The notes below the pieces were generated by a model. It was not told where the DNA came from, searched no databases, and saw nothing but the letters and a program-made list of their open reading frames with translations. Position numbers and translations under genes: made by a program. Below are positions 19,627-30,429 of a stretch of 32,000 bases of DNA, one piece after another. Numbering within the stretch: the stretch's first letter is position 1; every line of letters begins with the position of its first letter. The stretch spans positions 966,149 through 998,148 of the forward strand of contig GG663736.1 in NCBI GenBank assembly GCA_000151265.1, written 5' to 3'. The DNA comes from Micromonas pusilla. Its lineage: Eukaryota.

Positions 19627-19835
19627 CGTACGTGTACTATGATCGATATGTATGATAGTACGGAAGTACAGTACATTGTACACGTAACTTTCGAAAGTAC
19701 TTTCGTACCTTCGTACCTTCGTACGCAACATAATAAACGAAGATATGAAAGTATTCTTATTTTCGATACTTTCGAAAGTATGACAAATAAAGGAAACATA
19801 CAGTACACGTACTGTACACGTGTACACGTACGTAG
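19627..19835. repeat. GTAC-word array
   Basis: Contains gtacggaagtacagtac, tttcgaaagtactttcgtaccttcgtaccttcgtac and gtacacgtgtacacgtacgta words. Track ORFs 19545..19808, 19570..19827 and 19639..19839 are spurious. Confidence 0.85.
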
Positions 19836-19845
19836 ATAAACAACT

Positions 19846-20191
19846 TAGATTTCGATATTTAAATATTTTTCAGCTCGCGGAGAAAACAGCGTCGCAGGGC
19901 TGAACGCCGGCATTGGCGCCGCGCCGCGGCACCGCGCCACGGTCATGGCGCGCACGAGACGAAAAAATGGAAGGGAGAGAGGTCGTCCGTGCGTTCCACT
20001 GGATGCTATGAAATTTCAAGCGACGCGGTTTCCGTGAGCGCGAATCTGCTGACTCGATTGCGCGTTTCCGCGCTCCATTTCGTCGCGAGCGCGTAAAAAA
20101 ATATTCCAATCGCAGAAATATATATTGCGCACGATGCGATGGGGAAGCAGTCACGAATGTAATTATAAAAATATTTAAATATCGAAATCTA
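19846..20191. mobile_element. MITE-like insertion: 23-25 bp perfect terminal inverted repeats, possible TA target duplication, GC-rich core
   Basis: (t)agatttcgatatttaaatattttt at 19846-19870 is the exact reverse complement of aaaaatatttaaatatcgaaatct(a) at 20167-20191, checked base by base. Read another way, a 342-bp element at 19848-20189 is flanked by TA on both sides. The core at 19871-20166 is far more GC-rich than its surroundings and has no credible ORF. Confidence 0.6.
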
Positions 20192-20194
20192 CCT

Positions 20195-20555
20195 ATGTTA
20201 CCTTCGTCATACTTTCGTACTTTCGTACTTTCGTAAATAAAGTACGTACATATTTTATTCATATTACTGTAATATCATACTTCCGGAAATAATTCAGGTA
20301 GGGCTTAAAGGGCGTAGTACAGTACTGTATGTCACACCTTCGTAGTTGATAGATACTCGTACACGTACGTGTACACTTTTACGTGTAATAATATGACAAG
20401 TTTGTGTTGTCAAAAATGTCAGACATATTTGTTGCCATACACGCATATTGAATGCTGTAGTAGTAGCTGCGTGTACATTGGTACGGAAGTACGGAAGTAC
20501 TTCCGTACTGTACAACTATGCAGGATAGTACGAAAGTACATCCGTGCTGTATGTA
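20195..20555. repeat. GTAC-word array containing a partial copy of the hairpin element (20291-20317)
   Basis: Contains actttcgtactttcgtactttcgta and gtacggaagtacggaagtacttccgtac words. The stretch aattcagg-ta-gggcttaaagggcgtag matches the right arm of the element at 3561-3590. Confidence 0.8.
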
Positions 20556-20741
20556 GGATAAGTTGTTAGTCAATTTATAAAAGTGAACCTGTTAGTTTTA
20601 TGTACACGTACCCCTGTTTTGACACTGATATCAGCCTTCCATGAACGCGCGCGGCTCGAGCGAATCGACGAAACTGACCGGCGCTCGATCGGCGCGAGGA
20701 GTGCCACTTGTAGTCATTAGGGCATATTTAGACTAGGAGGG

Positions 20742-21047
20742 CTACACGTACACGTCCTGTACGTGTAGTTTATTTCCGTACATCCGTACTGTACACGTAC
20801 GTGTACTTCCGGAAGTACGGAAGTATCTATTTCCGCACCTTCGTACCCTACGGAAATAGATGCGTACTGTACACGTACGTGTACTTCCGGAAGTATTCTG
20901 AATCTTCCGGAAGTAAGTTACTTATTCTGAATCTTCGAAGGTATTCTATACCTTCGAAGGTACTTTCGTAAGTTGTTAATAAAATATCTATTTTCGTATG
21001 TGTACAGCTACAGTACACGTACACGTCCTGTACACGTACTGTACACG
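20742..21047. repeat. GTAC/ACGT-word array
   Basis: Contains gtacacgtacgtgtacttccggaagtacggaagta and repeated cagtacacgtacacgtcctgtacacgtactgtacacg words. Track ORF 20848..21249 is spurious. Confidence 0.85.
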
Positions 21048-21199
21048 TTCTGCATCTCTGGGAGATTATAAAAATAAAAGGAAGCACCGCGTGTGTCCAC
21101 GTCTCCACCACCGCCGAAACTGTAGCTGTCATACTTCTGTCATCTTCTGGAGGCGTGTCCAAGGAGCGATTTTGGAATCGAAAACTTGAATCATAAACG

Positions 21200-22683
21200 A
21201 TGGGTAAAGGCGGAGATGCATCTTTCGCGTGTAAGGATACGTGCATCAATCCTGGTCGTCAATATACGCAAATCCGTGGTCAGGTGACGACTTCGCTCGT
21301 CCACGCACTGCTTTCATGCAGCCTTAGCCTGTCACCTGCGAACATCAAACTTCACCCAGACTTTGTTGATAATTTTTTATAGCATCACAATTTGCTCATT
21401 ATTGAATCTGCTAGTCAACGCAGGTGTATGACATAACTGACTTTGCTCTGTCGCACCCGGGAGGTGCTCAGCTGCTAGCTCTTGCCGCGGGCAGAGATGC
21501 CACCATCTTGTTTGAGAGCCACCACTTGCGTCCAGACGTGGTGACCAAAACACTCAGCACGCTTCCCAGAGTCAAGGCTGAAATCGGCTTGTGTCCAGAC
21601 GAAACTTTTCCGAAACCCCTCGACTCCCTCGTGTATACGAACATTCAGCAGCGAGTGCGTGCTGAGATCTTGGCTCCACTTGAAAAGGCTCAAGGCCGCA
21701 AAACAGCTGGTCGCGGTGGCTGCCAGTTAGATGTCGCAGCGGTAATCCTATTTTCTCTAGTGGTGTCGTGTTGGTATGTGTTATCGCCCACCATCTTCTC
21801 TGGCTGTATGCTCGGATTTGCGGGCTACTGGGCGGGCACGGGACTTCAACACACGGCGAACCACGGCGGTTTATGTCAAAGTGCAAGGTGGAACGAGTTT
21901 TGGGGTTGGTTTGGATGCGATATTCTACTTGGTAAATCCAGCCTAGAATGGCGTTACCACCACATGGTGTCGCATCACTCCTACTGTAACGATTCACAGC
22001 GAGACCAGGATGTGTACACTTCGTTTCCTGTTATTCGTCTTGATGAGTCTCAGGAATGGTTCTGGTTCCATCGATTCCAACCCTATTACACCCCACTTGT
22101 TTGGCCTCTCCTATATGCTTTCACGCAGATTGGCGATTTCATAAATGTGCTTCTAAGGAAAGCCTCGCCTGGAGTTCAGTACCTCGGAGTGACGAACACT
22201 GAAGTATTATTGTATGTCTTGGGCAAGATATTTCATTTTGCATTCATTTTCGCACTTCCAGCGTATTGCCATGGAGTCTCAAGAGTGTTAGTACCGTTTT
22301 TGGCATACGGCCTAGTTGGCTCGTTCGTTCTTTGCTGGTTTTTCATAGTCAGCCATAATCTGGATGGGTTACAACCGAATCAGTTATCAAAAGGTTCGCG
22401 TGAAGACTGGGGGCGATGGCAGATCGAGACTTCGGCCACTTGGGGAAACAGCTTCTGGTCATTCTTCTCTGGTGGGCTTAACTATCAAATAGAGCATCAC
22501 TTGTTCCCCGGAACTGCTCATAACCTGTACCCCGCTATGCAGTCTATTATTAAGGACGAGTGCTTTAAAGCTGGCATTACATATAATGGTTTTGACGGCT
22601 ACCTGGGCATTTTTTCAATCACGTCAAGGATGTTCAGTTTTCTGTCGAATATGAGCATCAACCCATGTAAGCAGAAGTGCTGA
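21200..22683 (+). CDS. Front-end fatty-acid desaturase with N-terminal cytochrome b5 domain (delta-4-like), 2 exons
   Basis: Exon 1 is 21200-21283 (MGKGGDASFACKDTCINPGRQYTQIRGQ). The intron is a 140-nt GT-AG intron. Exon 2 is 21424-22683, and the track M there is actually GTG (Val). The junction rebuilds the b5 core IRGQ|VYDITDFALSHPGG. His boxes are HTANH, WRYHHMVSHH and QIEHHLFP. The delta-4 regiospecificity is a guess from His-box context only. Confidence 0.85.
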
Positions 22684-22769
22684 AGAGAGAACTGTCTATC
22701 TGTTAATTTCGTTTTCAAAACCACCTTTAATTTCAATAAAAATCTGTGTTCACTGAAATGTGTGTCAAA

Positions 22770-25700
22770 CTATGGCTCGTCAATCATGTCCGTAAGCAAC
22801 TGGCGGCAAGTTGATTCTGTTATCATCTGCTGCAAACGGCACAGTACCTCTGCTGGCGGATACTCATGAAGAGGCAGTGCCATAAAATCAGCCAAAAACT
22901 GTCTGACTCGAATGGAATTTTGTGACCGCACTTTTTCTTCAGGGGTTTTTTCCTCTTGATCATCTATTCGCTTCCGCTTCGCACTCTCATCTCCTCCACG
23001 CGGTCCATAGTGCTGATCCAGTGAAGTATATTTTACTTCACTTGTGTTCACCGAGAAATTGTCGAGTTCCGTAGCTTTCTCCTGAGCGATTCTCAGCACG
23101 TCTGCAGGGAACCGCGCGAACTCAGCACACTGAATGCCAAACGACTGATCACAGGCACCTGGCAACAAACGGTAAAGCATCGTAAGCTTGCGGCTCTCCA
23201 TACTTATCTTGGCATCGACATGAAGATTGGAAACGCCTTCGGGGCTCTGAATAGCGGTCAGCTCATGAAAATGTGTTGCAAACAGACAAGGTGCCTTTAT
23301 GTTGTTCGAAATATGCTGTGAAATAGCCCAGGCCAGGCCGAAACCATCGTATGTAGATGTTCCGCGACCGAGCTCATCGATAATGATGAGAGAGGACGAT
23401 GTTGCCGACTTCAAGATCGCCGAAGTCTCTAACATTTCTGCCATGAAAGTGGAGATCCCGCGTAGCTGGCAGTCTCCTGCACCCACGCGGGCGAAAATAG
23501 CATCACGAATGGCGATCTTAGCCATATTACAAGGTACAAAGGAACCAACCTGTGCCATTATTATACAGACACCGACCTGGCGAATGAATGTCGACTTGCC
23601 TCCCATATTCGGACCCGTTATGATCTGGAACCAGCTGTTTCCTTGCTCAAGTTTGCACGTATTCGCAATAAACTGAGATCCCTCTTGCGCTTCAATGCAA
23701 GGGTGCCGACTGCCCCCAAGATATATCTCCCTAGTGTCAGCCTCAAAAATGTTTTTTTTTGCCGTCATAGTTGGACGAACAAACGGTTCTGGCGCCGATA
23801 TCGCCACCTCAGCGAAGCTTGTGAGGACATCAACCTCAGCACATATTGCACTCACATGTAAGAACACATCCGCGAACGAAGATGCTACATCTACGATTCG
23901 TTCAACTAGCTGCCTTTGCTGAGACGCATACATTCTGTCCAGATCAGTCCGCTTACAACTTAGTGCACGCAGTTGCTTATTGGTGAATTTTGTACCATCC
24001 TTCTTCGCCTCAAGGACCTGATAGTTTGCTAGAAGTTTCTTGCGTACAGTCACCTCATCTTTTTTCGTCAACCGCAAATACCAGCCATGCATATTATTGT
24101 GCTCAAGCTTGAGCACCTTGTCCACAGGAGTGCAAAGATCTTCAGCAGAGCTTTCAAAAACTTTGTGAATTTCCTGCGAGGCAGCATCTTTCAATTTCTT
24201 CAGCTTGCCCAGCTCCTCATCGTAGGAGGGAGATACTACATACTCATCAGGAATCCTGTCGAGATCAACTGCTGCTTCAAGTAAGGCCTCGAATCTGCCG
24301 AGGTGTTCCTCGTCATGCAACTTGAGCAGTGCACTTGAGTATCTGCTGCTCATCATCAATCCATATCGGTCTTTCATGCGAACACACACTTCTGCGATGT
24401 GAGGAATCGCAGTAGATGCCTGGTACAGTCGACACAAGTCCAACAGAGTAGCACGGCGACGCTCAAGCTTACGCGTTAAGCGCTCCATATCTGGAAGGGA
24501 ACGCAGGTGAACTCTACGAAGCGTGTCCCTTGCCTCGGGATCATCAACTAAAGCCTCCACAACATCATGCCGACCTGAAATCTCCTCGGCGTCTACTAAA
24601 GGTTGTTTCAGCCATCTTAGAAGCAAGCGTCGTCCCATGGCTGAACAGCACCTATTGAGAAGGCCGTATATACTAAAGCTTCCTGCAGTCTCAGCTGCTG
24701 CAGACGGCGCAGCAGATGAAATAGAGGCTTTCTCTGGTAGAACATTAAGAGCGCGGAGTGCAGAAGAATCTAGTCGCATGTAACGACCGGTATCATGCGT
24801 GACTAGTGTGCACCTCCCATGATTTATTGGGTCCGTTGCTAGCTCAGAAAATCGCAAAACAGCCGCTAGAGTCGCCGCCGCACCTTCCTTTTCGAGGAGG
24901 GAGCGGTGAAGTTCAACCTCTGCAGTTGCTGCTGCTGTACCTGCACTCATTGGTGTTCTTTCAGCGACGAGAAGACGCTCTAGATCGCTTTCCAAGTTTC
25001 GTGAATCAAAATCAGAAGTTCTGCGCCCAGTTGCTAGCGCACCGCACCGCTCAACTATATGCCTGAGCACCTTTCCTTCTGGAGTTGCCATGCTCTCGCG
25101 AGGCATCAAACACTCTTTCGTACCCAGCTGACATATGACTGCCTCAAGGGTGCAGAAATGCTCATCATCCACAAATTCACAGGCCCCAAGTTCACGAGTT
25201 GTCAGGTTTGCGTAAGCAACACCAACCAGACGTTGATCATGTCGGATAGCAATGCGAACAGCAGTGACAACAGGTGTGTCAACCAGTTCACTGGCACAAT
25301 AGAGCTCCTCTTCGAAAGCGCACAGTCTGCCTGGGCTCGCGGTCCGCACTAGTTTCCAACCTTGCCTTGGAGAATCTTCATAAAGTTCAACGCTGCGATC
25401 GTTCACATCAAGGAGGACAGTGCGAATGACCGTCTCAAACATACTGCGATTGAAAGTGACCCCGGGCAACGCAGACTCCCCGTGACCGATGTAGCGCACA
25501 ACAGTGGTGGTATTGTAGAAGTTACGCGCAACGAAGTTGGCATCTTCTCCGTGTACAGAAAAGAACTCTTTGACTTTAAAGATGCGGAGCACGTTCTTGT
25601 CGTCAGGGAGAGACCGGAAGTAGGATATGAAACCTTTCTTGTCGTTCTCTGCTTTGGAAAGACAGCATGAGAGCAAAACTTAAAAGTTTCCAAAAGTGCT

Positions 25701-25804
25701 TTAAAAAAAACGAGTCGCGGACCCAACGAAAAACTCAGGCACATACCGTTAAAACTCAGATCATGAGGTTCATGCGTATGTGCTGACGTCACGATAGCAG
25801 CCAT
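22770..25804 (-). CDS. MSH2: DNA mismatch repair protein MSH2 (MutS homologue 2), 2 exons
   Basis: Exon 1 is 25804-25747 (MAAIVTSAHTHEPHDLSFN). The intron is a 68-nt GT-AG intron. Exon 2 is 25678-22770. The total is 2967 nt in frame. Motifs include the MSH2-type N-terminus FFSVHGEDANFVARNFY, Walker A TGPNMGGKSTFIRQ, IIIDELGRGTSTYDGFGLAWAI and FATHFHELT. Confidence 0.92.
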
Positions 25805-25902
25805 GTTACCTCCCGGTGGTTTCTGTTTCCAATATGCTGCTAACCCTTGCCCTGCTGTGAAGCGGGGGCTGAGGTTGTTTCTCGCAATAAAAGTTGTTTA
25901 TG

Positions 25903-26117
25903 GTACTGTACGTACACGTGTACAGTACGTGTACAATTGTCCGGAGTACTTCCATTCTTCGTTCCGTACGAAAGTACGAAAGTACTTTCGTACGTTCGTA
26001 TTCTATCTACACGTACTCGTACGGGTACATCTGTACGAAGATACCTTCGTACATACAAGCTATCTACCTTCGAAGGTATTAGACATACAGCTGTACACGT
26101 CCGTGTACGTGTACAGT
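25903..26117. repeat. GTAC/ACGT-word array
   Basis: Contains gtactgtacgtacacgtgtacagtacgtgtac, cgtacgaaagtacgaaagtactttcgtac and gtacacgtccgtgtacgtgtacag words. Four overlapping track ORFs (25803..26138 and others) are spurious. Confidence 0.85.
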
Positions 26118-26238
26118 AGGGCTCTTTCAACCTCGTGAAAACCTCCCTCTCAGGGTGCTGTTGATTTAATTTCCATTTACAACGATGAGACTGTTTAATG
26201 ATGTCGCTAAAATATCTTCATACTTTTTACAAAAGTTT

Positions 26239-26285
26239 AACCCTTTAAGCTCCGTCAATTCACTCTAATTCGCGGCGTAAAGAGC
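26239..26285. repeat. Half copy of the 126-bp hairpin element
   Basis: aaccctttaagctccgtcaattcac is identical to 3537-3561 of the full copy. The sequence then diverges (tctaattcgcggcgtaaagagc vs gctaattcagggcttaaagggc). Confidence 0.75.
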
Positions 26286-26300
26286 TGACAGTAGGCTAGT

Positions 26301-26800
26301 TGTACAGATGTACTCTCGAAAGTACTTTTAAGTACACTTTTGTTTTTATACAGGTAAACAACTTACACAATATCTTGCTTGCTTGTAAGTTGCTTCCGGA
26401 AATAGATACGAGTACACGTACGTGTACGTGTAGTGTACGTGTACTTCCGGAAGATAGTTCACAACTTATTAATATTAATATTAATATTTATATTTAATAA
26501 TGTACCTTCGTATACAATAGCTATGTTTCATGTACTCAGTCGAAGTAGTACGGAGTACAACGCGGTACAACGTAGTACTACCAAATCAGGAACCTAGACT
26601 ACACGTAGACACTGGGTCTGCAAGGGTCAACGTGTCAAGTTCAAGATACACGTAATAAGTACGAAAGTACCTTCGTACGAAGGTAGCTGATAAGTTTTGT
26701 ACACGTACAACGCTGTACTTTCGAAACTATTCTAGACTATCTATCGTACACGTACACGTACAGGTACAGTATTTCCGGATAGATAGATACCTTCGTACCA
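26301..26800. repeat. GTAC-word array
   Basis: Contains tgtacagatgtactctcgaaagtac, gtacacgtacgtgtacgtgtagtgtacgtgtacttccggaag and gtacgaaagtaccttcgtacgaaggta words. Track ORF 26300..26497 is spurious. Confidence 0.85.
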
Positions 26801-27539
26801 GTTGCGCTAAGTCACCAAATTACGAGTGACGCCAAATTAATTTGCGATTTTTTTATTCCAAATTCGTATGAGCGTCAGTCAGACGCGCCCCCTCACGTCC
26901 GCGCTTCCCCATGCGCCGCCGCAGCTTGGATTGACCTGAAATTTTGCAGAGCAGCCATTTGCGAATTTAGACACCAGATCTATGCATATACGCCGCGGGA
27001 AAAAGACGGGAATACCGTTTTCGGACCATACCTACAAGCTAGATAAGTTTACATACAACTTAGCTACCTCCATCCACAATTAATATAAATAATATCATAT
27101 TAATAATAATATGGAAGTATCATAGTAACAACTTATCATAAATAAAATATATTGTTAGCTGTATGTATGTATTTATGAGTTATTTATGTATGTACAGTAA
27201 CAACTTACAGTTACTATAAAAATATAAAACATGTACGAAGGTAACTTATGTGTACCAAGAATTTTACATAAACCTGCTGCTGTCTGAAAACTTGCGTAAA
27301 ACTGGGCGTGCTCGTGCTAAAGTACGCCACAACATCTTCTTTTATTCGAAGCATGGGGTCATAGCTTCATACGCTCTACCGCGTCAAAGGTCACTCTAAA
27401 AAGGATTCAAATCCATAGTCTATCCCCTGGCAGGCTTTCTGCCATGTTACGACAACTCGACAACTCATCGTCTTGCGTTGCGCGAGTAATCCAGAACCCT
27501 CATCTGTAACCCTTGACAATCCGGAAAAAAATGTCATCC

Positions 27540-28686
27540 TTATTTTCGCTTTTTATGCTCGGAAGAGTCATCTTCATCGTCATCGCTACGCACATCCTCT
27601 GCTGAGCCGCACGTGATAACCTTTATAGCTACTCTGAGCACAAGTGTAAACCAATAAATCTGGAGTGCTAAAAGAACATACAGCAATATGATGCATGTCC
27701 GTCCACCGATTTGCTGCTTCCAATACGGTGCAGATTCTCTGTGAGCTGTCCAAACGACATAGGGGTAAAGTCCAAGCCGCATTATCGCAAAAAGAAACAT
27801 AAAAACCATAAAAAAAAAGTCTGCTGCTGCCTGACATGACTTCTTCCGAGCACCGCCTCGAACATCTCCAACATATTTGAACTGTTTGGCTATATGGAGA
27901 GGAACGTCCGCCGGATCAAGAAGCACCATCACTACCGCGCCAACACGAGTCCAGCCGTATGTATAGGAGAGGCCTATGAGCCAAACTGTAACAAAGTGGT
28001 GCAGTGCCATCTCCCGAAAATCCTTCCGCTTATGTTCAACAAGCAAAGAAACCAGTCCTTGGCCGTAGCGGGCTGCATAGAGGACATAGTAAGCCTTAAG
28101 CGCGTCGGAAATATATATCATTTTTCCAGAATGAAACTCCTTGAACCATAGCGACGGGGTCCAAAACCAATCTTGCCGTGGCACGATTATGGCACCAAAA
28201 CTTGAGAAGGTGAGATAAAAAAACATCTCAAGTGAGCTCTGTTGTGAGTCGTGAGGGGTTGTACGTAAGCTGGTGCGATGTTCAATACGAATGCAATACA
28301 GAAACGAGGAAAGGATGAAGTGACCAAAAGTAGGTGCACCGTGGCAGATTTAGTCGGTACCTGTGCAAACTTTTGTACCTTCGCGCGTGTAGACCACTTT
28401 CCAAGCAATTGTGCAGCTACGGGCTCAACAAAGAATATGCGGAGAGCCCAGTTAAAAAGAAACAGTATGAACGAGAGGAGAAGAAATACCAACACGTCCG
28501 TGTGACCTTCAATGATCGGAGGGCGTAGCTTGGCCTGCTGTGAGAAGGACTGTTCGAACAAAATGAAGACAAGTACATCCGGATAATATTCACCTTAGAA
28601 ACGGTTCCCCGCAGCTGATGAAAGAATGCAGAGATAATCCATTTGGTCTCCGCGGTAACAGTCGACCATCCGGCAATCTTATGCAT
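27540..28686 (-). CDS. Ceramide synthase (Lag1/LASS family, TLC domain), 3 exons
   Basis: Model sums to 981 nt in frame. Exons: 28686-28594, 28549-28361, 28238-27540. Introns are GT-AG, 44 and 122 nt long. The Lag1p motif is RKDFREMALHHFVTVWLIGLSYTYGWTRVGAVVMVLLDPADV. There are multiple hydrophobic segments and an acidic C-tail, AEDVRSDDDEDDSSEHKKRK. Confidence 0.88.
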
Positions 28687-28837
28687 CGACTTGACTGTGA
28701 GAGAAAGCCAGCTTTGAGCGTAAACTCTGCGAAGATGAAGAAAGGTTTACACAGCCATAATGCAGACAGAGAATCCAGTGACTTTCGACCTTCGATGGTT
28801 TTATGGCTACGTGAGTGCTACATGTAAACGTATTTAT

Positions 28838-29165
28838 GTACACGTACAGTACAGTACGTAGATATCGATAGCTATTAGCGATAGCAGTGCGATAGCTACC
28901 TTCGTAGATAGCTAGCTAGCTACCTTCGTAGATACGTTTAGATAGGCCCGTAATAAATAATAAACGAACGTTGTACGAAAGTACGAAAGTACATGGCTAC
29001 ACGCACATATTCTATTTTACGTACACGCACGTAGTGCATACTGCATAGAGCCTGCATACGTGCATAGAGCATAGCTGCATACTACTCTCGAAAGTACTTT
29101 GAGGTGAAAGTACTTTCGAAAGTACGAAAGTACCTTCGAAGGTACATAGCTACATACGTACATAG
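28838..29165. repeat. GTAC-word array with tagc/gcta words
   Basis: Contains gtacacgtacagtacagtacgta, gatagctaccttcgtagatagctagctagctaccttcgtagata and actttcgaaagtacgaaagtaccttcgaaggtac words. Confidence 0.8.
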
Positions 29166-29672
29166 GTCTACAGCTCTACACCAGGGGATAACTTACTAAA
29201 ATTTCGACACTATGTAAATACTGCACGTGTACATGACTGCCGGAAAAAAAAGTAAATAAATACGTATGTACTGCAGTTTTAACTCACAATCGACGGTCTA
29301 ATTTCGCTCGACCCGCAAAAGTCTTCGCCTTCGAAAAACTATGTAAACTTTTGTAATACTTACTCATTATTTATTTACTTTTAAAAGATAACCCCTGGCC
29401 CCTTACACACATACGTACTTCCGTACACAGCAGGGGTTTATCTTTTACTAAAATTTCGACACCTACTGTAGTAGTACAGTGAAAATACATGAGCACTATC
29501 GCTAGTTTGTACTTTCGTACTTTTGAGAAATAAATAGATACTTAGTGAATATACTGTACGTGTACTGTAGAGTAGTCAGTTGGCCAAGAAATGAATAAAT
29601 AAGTACACTATTATGAATACTTCAATATTTATTTATCTTATTTATAAGTTGTTATTCTATCTAAAAACTATA

Positions 29673-29710
29673 AACAACTTTATCTACCTTCGAAGGTAGA
29701 TAAAGTTGTT
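29673..29710. repeat. Perfect 38-bp palindrome
   Basis: aacaactttatctaccttcgaaggtagataaagttgtt has 19-bp arms centred on ttcgaa. It was checked base by base, and pairing fails at 29672/29711. Confidence 0.9.
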
Positions 29711-29791
29711 ATACGAAGATATCGCGCGCGGGTGCTGGCGCGTACACTTTTATTCGTGTTTGTACACGTGTAGTCACGAGTTCGTTTTTTC

Positions 29792-29869
29792 GCTGGTTTT
29801 TTTCGAATTACGTGGATGGAGGGCGAGTACGTTCTTTTGCTGGTTTTTTTCGAATTACGTGGATGGAGG
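29792..29869. repeat. 31-bp direct repeat, 47-bp period
   Basis: gctggtttttttcgaattacgtggatggagg occurs at 29792-29822 and again at 29839-29869. Confidence 0.9.
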
Positions 29870-29870
29870 A

Positions 29871-30135
29871 CTACACGTGTACAACGTACGAAAGTACTTT
29901 CGAAAGTACTTCGGAAGTACTTCCGGAAGTACTTCGGAAGTACTTTCGTACTTTCGTACTGTGTACGTACTGTAGCTCTGATTACAAAAAGACTTCAGCT
30001 CTGACAACGTACGTTGTACTGTACAACGAACGTACCTTCGTACACGTTTTGTACGTGTAAACGCGGTGTACTGCACCTTAAAACATCTTTTTGGACTAGC
30101 CCCACTGTACGTGTACACGTACACGTACACGTAGT
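29871..30135. repeat. GTAC-word array
   Basis: Contains gtacgaaagtactttcgaaagtacttcggaagtacttccggaagtacttcggaagtactttcgtactttcgtac and gtacgtgtacacgtacacgtacacgta words. Track ORFs 29706..30154 (several) and 30014..30373 are spurious. Confidence 0.85.
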
Positions 30136-30429
30136 CGGTTTCGACCGAGATCAAACTAAACTATCTTTGTTCAAGCGCGTTCTTTCACTCGGCCGAGCTC
30201 GTTTTTTTCAGTCCGATCCGAAACTCTCTTGTCCCTGTTGGACGGAGGACGATGTCAAGCCGGGAGCGAAAGGGAGGGGAGGTATAAGAAGTGGTCTGTT
30301 TTGTCACCTGTCGCGACCACGCGTACTACAAACCAAATATCTAGACCCGTGTGTGCAAGTCGGATACGAGTAGAAACTTTTCATACTAAATACTCACATA
30401 CCGAGACGAGGTCTCGACGGCCAATTCTT

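Noticed and set aside
19870-20262. A 130-aa ORF inside the MITE-like element, considered as a possible transposase
   Set aside because: It is Arg/Ala-rich low-complexity sequence produced by GC-rich DNA. It starts inside the neighbouring GTAC array, has no DDE or other catalytic motifs, and is far too short.
23299-25670. Plus-strand ORFs inside MSH2 (23299..23676, 23643..23922, 24087..24284, 24523..24783, 24806..25066, 25059..25352, 25362..25670). Similar ORFs lie antisense to UROD (18896..19375, 18976..19263) and antisense or off-frame within Bin3 (30881..31237, 31129..31730 set).
   Set aside because: These are antisense or off-frame shadow ORFs of long, well-supported coding regions. They have no motifs, and the in-frame conserved protein is on the other strand or in the other frame.
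27403-27414. T-loop-like ggattcaaatcc, suggesting a second tRNA
   Set aside because: No acceptor, D or anticodon arms can be folded around it on either strand.
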